DNA of 39,810 nt, taken from the IMG/VR virus record IMGVR_UViG_3300008255_000231, positions 1-39,810 of that record. The stretch is one strand, 5' to 3'. A model generated the notes under the pieces. It searched no databases. It was not told the origin of the DNA and saw only the letters and a list, made by a program, of their open reading frames with translations. Both the position numbers and the translations under genes were made by a program. How positions within the stretch are numbered: position 1 is the first letter of the stretch; each line of letters opens with the position of its first letter. This document shows, one piece after another, positions 8,310 to 17,120 of the stretch. Source of the DNA: a virus. Its lineage: Duplodnaviria > Caudoviricetes.

Positions 8310-9209
8310 ATGAGCGAAGAACTCGACATACAAAGCGACGGAGACCTATCACAGGATGTCTATGACTCGATTGGAGCAGAACTAAATTTTGAGCCGCCCA
8401 GGCCGGAACAAAGTGAATCGATCGAACCGCAGAAAGCCGCCGAGCCACAAAGCAGCCCAGCCGCCGAAGCAACAGAAGAGGTCACGAGACCCCCGAAGGC
8501 TACCGAAATCCTTACTATTGCTCGAAGAGAAAAAGCAATCCGCGAACGCGAGGGTAAGTTTGAAGACAAGCTTGCCGAAGCTCGGGAGCAAATTCGGGCC
8601 GAGGTTAAAGCTGAATTCCAGCGCCTCGCGACTTCAAAGCCCGCCGAGTTCTACAAAGAACTAGGTTACGAAGGCAAGCGCGGACAAGTAGCACAAGACC
8701 TGTGGTACAGCGAACTAGGAGATGATGCACCCCCGGAGTACAAGCAACAAAGGTATCTGAACGGTCTTGAGCAGCAGGTTGCAGAACTGCGCCAGCTCGT
8801 CGAAAAACAAGACCCGAAGGTGCACATCCAGAAGGCCGAAGAAGATCGCCAGTACGCAGCGTACATGGGCGAGCTTAACGGTCTCTCGCAAAAGTCTCCT
8901 ACCATCTCTGCCATCTTTGGTGACACGGCTACAGAAGCTCTATGGTCCACTGCCACTAAGATTTATAACTCAACACAACTGGTTCCTACGGCTGCCGAGG
9001 TAGTTGAAGCGTTAGAAGCTGAACTAGCGGACACCTATAGTAGCTTGCACGGAATCATCGGTAAGACGGCACCCGCCAAGGGAGCAGCTGATAAGCCGCA
9101 CGATACTCTACAGACGTCCGATACACCCCGTTCACGCCATCGCGGCGCCTGGAGCGAGGAAGACTTGCTCAAGGAAGCTGAAAAGATAATTAAGCCCTAT
9201 ATGGGCTAG
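8310..9209 (+). CDS. Capsid scaffolding protein
   Basis: Acidic coiled-coil protein between portal and capsid genes. Confidence 0.7.
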   Translation: MSEELDIQSDGDLSQDVYDSIGAELNFEPPRPEQSESIEPQKAAEPQSSPAAEATEEVTRPPKATEILTIARREKAIREREGKFEDKLAEAREQIRAEVKAEFQRLATSKPAEFYKELGYEGKRGQVAQDLWYSELGDDAPPEYKQQRYLNGLEQQVAELRQLVEKQDPKVHIQKAEEDRQYAAYMGELNGLSQKSPTISAIFGDTATEALWSTATKIYNSTQLVPTAAEVVEALEAELADTYSSLHGIIGKTAPAKGAADKPHDTLQTSDTPRSRHRGAWSEEDLLKEAEKIIKPYMG

Positions 9210-9221
9210 GACTAATACCTA

Positions 9222-10448
9222 ATGACTGCTACAAATGCGATTGATTCTGGTAACTTAGCGGCGCTCGTTAAGAAACTCTACCCCCAGCGCAGAATGGAAC
9301 ACCTCTACAAGCGAGGGTTCCCGTTCCTTGCCGAAGTAAAGAAGATGGACGACCTCGAAGGTTCGGGTGTCGTTGTTCCTGTGATCCACGACCATGCGTC
9401 GGTGGGTAACTCATTCGTTGCGGCGCAAACCTATCGGTACCCCAGTACCAACAGTGCTTTCACTATCACTGGTATCACCCAGTATGGTGTTGGTCAGGTC
9501 GATGCCTTGACCATGATGAAGATGCGTAACAACAGCGGTGGTTTCGTGCGAGCAATCGACAACGAGGTCATGAGCGTGCTTGAAGGTATGAAGAAGCACA
9601 CCGCGCTGCAGCTGTTCCGCGAAGCGAGTGGTTATATCGGGGTTGTTTCCTCGATTAGCACCAATACTATCACGCTTACCAACAAGTCTGATGTGTGGAA
9701 CTTCCACATTGGCCAGTTCCTTGTTGCGGCTGATGCGTCTACTGGTGGCAACCCGCGCACGGGCGGTGACTACACGGTTACGGCCATGGCTCCCGATGCT
9801 GGTACCATCACCGTTACCTCGGGTACTAGCTGTGTTGCAGGTGACTACCTGTTTAACTACTCGGATGAGTCTACTGGTTCTACCGATAGTACTGGTTCTA
9901 TTACTGGTATGCGTCAGTGGATCCCTGCGGCTGCTGCTACTGATACTCTGTTTGGAGTAGCACGTACCGGTAAGCCCCGTCTTTATGGGCATCGCGTAAC
10001 TGAGGTTGCGCTTAGCACCGAAGATGCCATCCAAGAGGCTGCGTACAAGATCGCTAACGCCTGTACCACCGGTGGCGCATCGTGGCGCTGCTATATGAAT
10101 CCTTTGCAGTTCCGCCTGCTCACGTACGAGCTTGGTAGCAAGGTTGTGCGCGACCCGGGTGGTCTGGGTGTTGCTGGCTTCGACGCCATCGCTATCCACA
10201 CTGCTATTGGTAAGATCATGTGCGTATCGGATCCTGCCTGTCCCGAGGACGGTATGTGGTTGGTTGATCTCGACTCGTGGGAACTGCACCACCTCGGTGA
10301 GCTCTTCCATATTGCTAACGAAGATAGCCTTCGCATGCTCCGCGTCAGTGATGCGGACCGCTATGAGTTCCGCTATCGGTCTTTCCGGCAGCTGTGCTGC
10401 ACCGCTCCTGTACGTAACGCGTACATCGCGCGTAACACCGCTATCTAA
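9222..10448 (+). CDS. Major capsid protein
   Basis: 408 aa, strong codon bias, synteny, followed by a terminator. Confidence 0.85.
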   Translation: MTATNAIDSGNLAALVKKLYPQRRMEHLYKRGFPFLAEVKKMDDLEGSGVVVPVIHDHASVGNSFVAAQTYRYPSTNSAFTITGITQYGVGQVDALTMMKMRNNSGGFVRAIDNEVMSVLEGMKKHTALQLFREASGYIGVVSSISTNTITLTNKSDVWNFHIGQFLVAADASTGGNPRTGGDYTVTAMAPDAGTITVTSGTSCVAGDYLFNYSDESTGSTDSTGSITGMRQWIPAAAATDTLFGVARTGKPRLYGHRVTEVALSTEDAIQEAAYKIANACTTGGASWRCYMNPLQFRLLTYELGSKVVRDPGGLGVAGFDAIAIHTAIGKIMCVSDPACPEDGMWLVDLDSWELHHLGELFHIANEDSLRMLRVSDADRYEFRYRSFRQLCCTAPVRNAYIARNTAI

Positions 10449-10455
10449 ATGAATT

Positions 10456-10490
10456 AGGTAGGGCTGGCGTTGGGCTGGCCCTACCTTTTT
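10456..10490 (+). terminator. Rho-independent terminator after capsid gene
   Basis: GGTAGGGCTGGC-GTTGG-GCTGGCCCTACC-TTTTT. Confidence 0.85.
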
Positions 10491-10506
10491 CCCTGGAGAA
10501 TATAGA

Positions 10507-10896
10507 ATGTCAAAAAGAGAAAATAAACGAGCCGGTACGCTCTTGCGAACCAACCTGGTTGGCAACTGCGCGCTATGGCAGCTGTCCTTCGAGACGGCGT
10601 CGGGTGCGGCACCCGACGGTGCGAGTCCTGCGGGGCAAGTCACGCTGGCAAGTACGGCCAGTGCTGGTAAAATGACGGTAACTTTTAACAACGGCGTTAT
10701 ACCCAAAGCGGTACATTGGGCTAGTGCTCAGATCCGCGAGGCTGACGCCAACCTAACCGCTAAGGTTACCGATTATACTTCGGCCGGTGTGCTTACGGTC
10801 TGCGTATACAGCTCCGGTGCGCAAGTTAGCACGAACAACAAAACCATTGACTTACTTATGTTTGTCGATACGTCTTACCTCGCCACTAATGGCTAA
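10507..10896 (+). CDS. Putative head decoration or virion protein
   Basis: 129 aa, beta-rich, GGAG RBS, directly after capsid gene. Confidence 0.6.
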   Translation: MSKRENKRAGTLLRTNLVGNCALWQLSFETASGAAPDGASPAGQVTLASTASAGKMTVTFNNGVIPKAVHWASAQIREADANLTAKVTDYTSAGVLTVCVYSSGAQVSTNNKTIDLLMFVDTSYLATNG

Positions 10897-10930
10897 GGAG
10901 CACCATGGCGTTAACGATACCAGGAGAGCT

Positions 10931-11155
10931 ATGTCGCTAACAAGAACACCATCGCTTATGGTTGCTTTACGCAAAGCCGCAGGGCAGAAAAAGCAACCTT
11001 CTGGTGATGCGCAGTATAAGCGGGATATCGAGGCAGCTATGCGGGACTTCGACTCCACTCTGGGTAAGCCCGAAGAAAGGTTCAAGGCGTTCAAAGCTCT
11101 TATGGACCTCACCAAATTAAACGAGGATGAGTTCGAGGATAAGGATAAAAAATAA
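10931..11155 (+). CDS. Small hypothetical protein
   Basis: ORF track 10787-11155; AGGAG RBS before ATG 10931. Confidence 0.6.
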   Translation: MSLTRTPSLMVALRKAAGQKKQPSGDAQYKRDIEAAMRDFDSTLGKPEERFKAFKALMDLTKLNEDEFEDKDKK

Positions 11156-11850
11156 TGCCCAGAACAGTATCAGCCGCAACGTTGCTGACTAGGTGTAAAC
11201 AGCGGGCGGATATGGAGAACAGCTCTTTCATCTCCGACAGTGAGTGGTATCAGTACATCGATGCTAGTTACGGTGAGCTATACGATCTACTGGTTCGCGC
11301 CCAACCCGATTTCTATACCAAGGAAGCGACCATTGTGGGTGTTACTGGAACGAGCGATTACGCGGCCCCGTCGGACCACTACGGAACAGTAGGCATAGAC
11401 TATATTGACGGTGACAACCGGCGCGAGCTTAGACATATCAGTGGGGTAGAGCGGAATGCCTTTGACTATGGCTCGGGTAACGGGCCTAGTCAAGGCTACC
11501 ACTTCGTGTACGGCTCTGACTCCACAGTATTAGTTAGACTATTACCTAGCCCTACGACCGGGGAAACTTATCGGCACAGATATATCAAGAACCCATCTGA
11601 GGATAACGGTGGCACGCGCACCATTGACGGTATCTCGGGGTGGGAAGAATATATTGTGCTTGATGTAGCAATCAAGGCGATGACCAAAGAAGAGAGCCCG
11701 ACCGGGGCACTTGAGAAACAGCTCGAGCGCATGACCGCACGGCTCGAAATCATGGCCGAAAACCGTACCGCCGATTCGGCTGGGCACGTTGTAGATTCAC
11801 GCGCAGCCGAGGACTACAACCCCGCTAGCTTTTGGAGAAACCGTCCGTAA
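11155..11850 (+). CDS. Head-tail adaptor (podovirus tail tubular A-like)
   Basis: 231 aa, RADM...ELYDLLV N-terminal helices, WEEYIVLDVAIKA, synteny. Confidence 0.75.
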   Translation: MPRTVSAATLLTRCKQRADMENSSFISDSEWYQYIDASYGELYDLLVRAQPDFYTKEATIVGVTGTSDYAAPSDHYGTVGIDYIDGDNRRELRHISGVERNAFDYGSGNGPSQGYHFVYGSDSTVLVRLLPSPTTGETYRHRYIKNPSEDNGGTRTIDGISGWEEYIVLDVAIKAMTKEESPTGALEKQLERMTARLEIMAENRTADSAGHVVDSRAAEDYNPASFWRNRP

Positions 11851-12161
11851 TGGCTAGTAAGCCGGTCATACGCCGCTCGGGAAATGCCGCAGGGGTGCAG
11901 AACTTCATTGGCGTGGAGGATAAGTTCCGCGCCTTTGATAACAACCCGATGAACGACGGCCGTTTCCTCGAAGGTATTGACGTAGGCACGCGCTCTTCTA
12001 TCAAGCTACATCACGGGCTGGGCCGCAAATACCGCGGAATGATCTGTACTTCACATACGGGGGTCTCAATTGATCGTACCGCCGGTGATAAAGAAACGAC
12101 GCTAACGCTAACTCTGGCGGCTGCGTTAAACAACGAAACCATTGACATATGGGTGTTTTAA
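11850..12161 (+). CDS. Small tail or virion protein
   Basis: HGLGR motif, TAATG coupling, ends DIWVF. Confidence 0.65.
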   Translation: MASKPVIRRSGNAAGVQNFIGVEDKFRAFDNNPMNDGRFLEGIDVGTRSSIKLHHGLGRKYRGMICTSHTGVSIDRTAGDKETTLTLTLAAALNNETIDIWVF

Positions 12162-12162
12162 T

Positions 12163-13311
12163 ATGGCCGTAGGCAGCGCACTAGGTTTAACTCTTCCTAC
12201 CCCCGGGTCCACTACGGATTGGGGGGATGACCTCAATACAGTACTACAGGCACTAATCGATGCCGTAGAAGCGGACGTGCCTGTTGGTGGTATCAACATC
12301 AACGATGATTTAACGTTCAGCGGTAACGACCTCACAAGTGTGGGTACGATCCGCATGAATGATGAGGCTGCCGAGCTAACGGGTACAACCGACACCAACA
12401 AAATATACACGTTCGATGGTGAGCTTTATTTTACTGACGGAGCACAACAATCTGTAAAGATTACCGACAACGGCGGTGTTAACGTAGCAGCCACAGGCGG
12501 GGTGGGTGGTGCAGGTTACGGTACGCTAGGCGTAGAAATTAACTGGGATTCAGTTAATACCGAATACGAACTAAAGAGCGCTACGGGTGAAAACTTCGCC
12601 CGTGCCAAATGCAACGGCGTGCGCATCGTAAACGGTAACTACTACACCCAATTTGATAGCGCAGTAACAGCGGCTAACTACACCCTGACCTTACCTGCGG
12701 CTAAGCCAAGCGTGCAGAAGTTTATGGTGTGTGATAGCACCGGGCAGATCGCCTTTAGTAACGCCATTGAGCAAGGGGCTACGTTTGCTGCGAACTGTAC
12801 GTTCAACAGTACTACCAGCATGGTCGGTGTCGCTACTCTTACTAATCCGGTAATGAATGACTATAGCCTTACCGACCAGCATTTCACACAGCACCCACTG
12901 ATAGCGATGGGCACGGATGATACCTTCTGGTTAGAAGAAGTTAATACACTGACATCGCCCAAGATGCAGCTCCATCTCACATCCGCACCCACCGGCGAAA
13001 GGACTATAGTCATACCGCTACAATTTGACGTCGGAGTTCTTCTTGACAATGTCGCTATTTTTTGCCGCGGCTCCGTGGATTATGTAGTCAATTTCAAACT
13101 TCTTAGGTCTAGCAGTGCCGGTACTGTGGTCTCTATAGCCACCGGTGCCACTACCGCAACGGACACTAACCAGACTATTACCCTTTCTAGTTTGGCGTAT
13201 ACTACCGCAGGTAGCTCTTGGGTTGGGTTAGCAGTGGCTAATGCTGAAGCCGATACAGGCGTAGGCGAGTTCTACCTATACGGAATTCGTTCAAGCTGGA
13301 CCAGACCATAA
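12163..13311 (+). CDS. Tail fibre or spike-like protein
   Basis: LTLPTPG..WG..LN N-terminus, Gly/Thr-rich, YTLTLPAA motif. Confidence 0.65.
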   Translation: MAVGSALGLTLPTPGSTTDWGDDLNTVLQALIDAVEADVPVGGININDDLTFSGNDLTSVGTIRMNDEAAELTGTTDTNKIYTFDGELYFTDGAQQSVKITDNGGVNVAATGGVGGAGYGTLGVEINWDSVNTEYELKSATGENFARAKCNGVRIVNGNYYTQFDSAVTAANYTLTLPAAKPSVQKFMVCDSTGQIAFSNAIEQGATFAANCTFNSTTSMVGVATLTNPVMNDYSLTDQHFTQHPLIAMGTDDTFWLEEVNTLTSPKMQLHLTSAPTGERTIVIPLQFDVGVLLDNVAIFCRGSVDYVVNFKLLRSSSAGTVVSIATGATTATDTNQTITLSSLAYTTAGSSWVGLAVANAEADTGVGEFYLYGIRSSWTRP

Positions 13312-16300
13312 TGGCAGTACGCTGGCAAGAAGTACCTTTACCCTTCGGGCAAGGTATTGACACCAAGACCGACCCTAAGCTTACTAAGGGCTTGGTGGAC
13401 CTGGAGAATGGTGTCTTTACTAATGCTCCAGCAATACGTAAGCGCAACGGGTACGATGAGTTAGAACACGTTGATTCTACTGGCGCTGTTATTAGCAACG
13501 CAGTAGCTCTTGCTACTCGCGGCGATGAGCTCCTCCTATTCGATGATGAGTATTGCTACTCATATGATGAGCGTGTAGGTAACTGGCGGAACAAAGGCCG
13601 CTGTACCGGCATGAAGCTGAAAGAATCCGTTGTGGCCGCTACGCTTAGCAATCAGACGGATGCCGATGTAGCTACGAATAACAATATGCAGGTAATTGCC
13701 TGGACCGATAGCTCCGATGGGTATGTGCACTACACCGTTAGTGACCTCGGTACGGGTGCTGTACTGGTTAATAATACTTCCATCAGTGGGGCTACCAAAC
13801 CTCGGCTAGTGGCTACCGGGGGTCTTATCCACCTATACTATTACGACTCTGTGGCGACATCTTTGTACGTGCTCGCATTCCCGACCGCTAGCCCGGCCAA
13901 CCCTTACGCAACCCGACAGGTCGTTAGCAACGTAAAGTCGGGTGGCGTATATGATGCATGCGCCGAATACGGGACGAAAGCAGAGGCGGCTATAATTATC
14001 TACCTTGATACTAGTAACCAAATAGTACTAATTAAGACCGACAAAGTTGGTGCTGCCTATAATACGCTTATAACAGACACTAATGTAGCCTACACATTAG
14101 CTGACGCTGTTTCTGTTTCTCCCGGGGCTGCGACTACGTGGTTCACTTATCTTGATAGTTCCCTTAGCGCGTGCACCGTTGCCAAGGTAAACGCGAACTT
14201 TATTTCTACTAGCACTATCACGCGGTATCGCAAAGACGGCGGCGATATAAAAACAACAAGCAAGCGCATTACCATACAGATAGATATAGATAATGAGGAG
14301 CAGGCTCATCTGTTCGTGGATAATGTCCCTGGGGGCGATGAATGGTTAGATCATACTTCATACTTTCTAGTCACTACTTCTGTACCTTCAGCCACCCACA
14401 CCTTTTATCACCACGGGCTCGCTAGTCATGCTTTCTGGTTCAGGGGACATGCGTACGTTAATCTCTACTATGATTCGCTAACGAGCACTACGTATTTGTG
14501 CGCCTCCGAGGATGAAACTTTTGTGGCTCGATGTGCTATCGGTATAGCGGCTGGTCAGCCTACCGGTACACATATGCCGCGGGTTGGCGGTGTTAATAAC
14601 AGCGAGAGTAGGTTCGTATGGGGTGCTAGCTACCGCACTCGGCTTGAGACCGCAGAAACTGCAGCCAACGATACCAAGAACGAGTTCTACGCGCAGAAAG
14701 GCGTAAAGGCAATCACGTATGACTTTGCTGCCACGGACCGTTATCGCTTCGTGGAGGTTGGTGGGAATACATATACGTCGGGTGGTATCTTGTGGGCATT
14801 CGACGGCGTAAAACCCGTAGAGCAAGGCTTCCTTATTTACCCGGAAGGGCATCAGATTACCGACAGTAGTGTTAACTCCACGGGTAGTATGGCTACGGGG
14901 GACTACACCTACCGGTTCTACTTCGAAGATTACTACGGCAACGGTGATAGAACGAAGTCCACCAGCGTGCTATTCAACACGTCTGTTACTAATAATGTTA
15001 ATCGGTTTAGTTTTCTGCCTACGCTCGCTGCTACCATGCGGGCCAACACCTCCATTGTGGGGTATCGCACTGCCGTTAATCCTGACGTAGTAGGTGGCGC
15101 TCCCTTCTACCGTGTTACTTCGGCTAACCCTGCAGCAACTGGATTCAATAGGTTTCTAGCAAATAATGTAGACGCGACTAATGTCACACTGGACGACGGT
15201 ATGTCGGACGGTAGCCTTACTGACAACGAGCTAGACTACCAGAACACTGGCGAACTCGACAACACGGCCCCCGAAGCTGCTAGCATAATGTTGCACGGCA
15301 ACGGACGAGTATGGTTGGCAGATGTTGCATCGGACCCGAACAAGATCCTGTACAGCAAACTACGCTACCCGGGCCAGGCGCTCGAGTTTAGCGATTCATT
15401 AGTACTCCAGGCCCCAGAGGATGGAGGAGCAATCACGGGTCTCGGTACGTTAAATGGTATGCTTGTAATCTTCAAACTGGACCGCATTTATGTAGTTACT
15501 GGCGAAGGCCCGAACAATCTGGGGGTGGGTTATCTTAGCCAACCACAGCTTGTATCAAATGACGTGGGTTGTAACAACCACCTGACTGTGGTCAACGCCC
15601 CACAGGGCCTACTCTTTTCCTCCGACAAGGGTATTTACATGCTCGATGGGGAACTGCGTTCCATATATGTAGGTGCTCCTGTAGAGAAGTACAACGATGC
15701 CGATATCAGGGCAGCAATATTAATTAACGATTCCAACGAGATACGCTTCATCACGGCATCGGGTCGTACCTTAGTATACAATTACCAGGTACAACAGTGG
15801 AGTACATTTACCGGTACTAATGCCATATCAGCCGTCATTTGGAAACAAAAGCTTACTTATCTTAAATCCTCAAGGGGGGATGTGTTTGTCGAGAACCCGG
15901 ACAGGTTCACCGATGCCGGTGGTTCGTACAAGCTGCGCTTCAAAACACCATGGTACAGCTCCGGCGGACCACAAAGCTATCAACGAATCAGAGCCCTTAA
16001 CGTGTTAGGTACCTATCATAGCTCGCACACGCTGCGTACTAGGATCCGGTACGACTTCCAGGGCAACAGCGAGACGGGCGAATTTCCCAGCTCTTACGTC
16101 AATACCAGCACTTACGGTGACGGCGCATACGGTGATGATACGTACGGTGGCACAGGTGATAGTAGTTACCAATTCCGCGTTATGTTACCACGACAAAAAT
16201 GTCAAGCAGTTCAGTTCGAGATAGAAGACGTTGATTCATACGGTCGTGCGTTTGAAATCAGCAACTTAACACTAGAGGCCGGGTACAAACGCGGTCCCGT

Positions 16301-16337
16301 CAAACGTGCTTTGACCCGCAAGGTCAACGCAAGCTAA
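13311..16337 (+). CDS. Tail nozzle / DNA stabilisation protein (P22 gp10/T7 gp12-like)
   Basis: 1008 aa, ENGVF..IRKRNGY N-terminus, beta-propeller-like repeats, YGDGxYG C-terminal repeats. Confidence 0.8.
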   Translation: MAVRWQEVPLPFGQGIDTKTDPKLTKGLVDLENGVFTNAPAIRKRNGYDELEHVDSTGAVISNAVALATRGDELLLFDDEYCYSYDERVGNWRNKGRCTGMKLKESVVAATLSNQTDADVATNNNMQVIAWTDSSDGYVHYTVSDLGTGAVLVNNTSISGATKPRLVATGGLIHLYYYDSVATSLYVLAFPTASPANPYATRQVVSNVKSGGVYDACAEYGTKAEAAIIIYLDTSNQIVLIKTDKVGAAYNTLITDTNVAYTLADAVSVSPGAATTWFTYLDSSLSACTVAKVNANFISTSTITRYRKDGGDIKTTSKRITIQIDIDNEEQAHLFVDNVPGGDEWLDHTSYFLVTTSVPSATHTFYHHGLASHAFWFRGHAYVNLYYDSLTSTTYLCASEDETFVARCAIGIAAGQPTGTHMPRVGGVNNSESRFVWGASYRTRLETAETAANDTKNEFYAQKGVKAITYDFAATDRYRFVEVGGNTYTSGGILWAFDGVKPVEQGFLIYPEGHQITDSSVNSTGSMATGDYTYRFYFEDYYGNGDRTKSTSVLFNTSVTNNVNRFSFLPTLAATMRANTSIVGYRTAVNPDVVGGAPFYRVTSANPAATGFNRFLANNVDATNVTLDDGMSDGSLTDNELDYQNTGELDNTAPEAASIMLHGNGRVWLADVASDPNKILYSKLRYPGQALEFSDSLVLQAPEDGGAITGLGTLNGMLVIFKLDRIYVVTGEGPNNLGVGYLSQPQLVSNDVGCNNHLTVVNAPQGLLFSSDKGIYMLDGELRSIYVGAPVEKYNDADIRAAILINDSNEIRFITASGRTLVYNYQVQQWSTFTGTNAISAVIWKQKLTYLKSSRGDVFVENPDRFTDAGGSYKLRFKTPWYSSGGPQSYQRIRALNVLGTYHSSHTLRTRIRYDFQGNSETGEFPSSYVNTSTYGDGAYGDDTYGGTGDSSYQFRVMLPRQKCQAVQFEIEDVDSYGRAFEISNLTLEAGYKRGPVKRALTRKVNAS

Positions 16338-16348
16338 AGGAGATTATT

Positions 16349-17107
16349 ATGGCAGATTGGGGTGGAGGAGCAAAAGGCGCAGCGGGTGGCGCATCGGCCG
16401 GTGCAGCAGTAGGCTCAGTTGTGCCGGGAATCGGTACTGCTATTGGCGGCATTGCCGGAGGCCTACTAGGTGGGCTCGGCGGCCTATTCGGTGGCGGCGG
16501 TTCATCAGGTGGTGTATCGGACGAGGAGCGCAAACGGCTTGCCGGTATGTCAGAGGATGACCGCAGGCGGTTGCAGGCCATGGGCGCACGGTTCGCCCGC
16601 GAGGGTCTCGACCGGCAGACCACACAAGGTGTAGCGCAAAACATCTTTGACCTACAGCGGATGGCGCGAGGGCAGGGGCCTAGCATCGCTCGACTTCAAG
16701 CTCAAGAGGCTATGAACCGCGGGCTGGCTAACCAACAGGCCATGCTAGCCACGGCCGGTCCCGCTAATCAGGCTATGGCAGCTCGTATGGCTGCGCAACA
16801 GGGCGGTGCGCTAGCGGGCTCAGTAATGGGCGCATCGGCACAGGCACGAGCACAAGAAGCTCTCGGCGCGCGCAGTATGCTCGGCCAAGCGCTCGGACAG
16901 CAAGGGCAGCTGAGCCTGCAGGATCGGTCAGTTCGTAATCAAGCCATGCTACAGGCCATGCAAATGCAATCGGGCCAAATTGGTCAGATGTATGACATCC
17001 AGAACGGTAAGGCAGCGCAGCTCGGTATGGGCGACCGCCTGCTAATGGGTGGTCTGGACCTCGGTAGCTCGTGGCTCGATAACGCCCATCAAGCTCAAAG
17101 AAGCTAA
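16349..17107 (+). CDS. DNA ejection / pilot protein
   Basis: Gly-zipper N-terminus, Ala/Gln/Met-rich helical body. Confidence 0.7.
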   Translation: MADWGGGAKGAAGGASAGAAVGSVVPGIGTAIGGIAGGLLGGLGGLFGGGGSSGGVSDEERKRLAGMSEDDRRRLQAMGARFAREGLDRQTTQGVAQNIFDLQRMARGQGPSIARLQAQEAMNRGLANQQAMLATAGPANQAMAARMAAQQGGALAGSVMGASAQARAQEALGARSMLGQALGQQGQLSLQDRSVRNQAMLQAMQMQSGQIGQMYDIQNGKAAQLGMGDRLLMGGLDLGSSWLDNAHQAQRS

Positions 17108-17120
17108 ACAAGGATAACCA

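Noticed and set aside
10430-10510. T7-style capsid frameshift extension
   Set aside because: No slippery sequence near the stop, and a terminator follows.
9411-10706. 431-aa antisense ORF over the capsid gene
   Set aside because: No motifs or RBS; explained by the codon bias of the sense gene.
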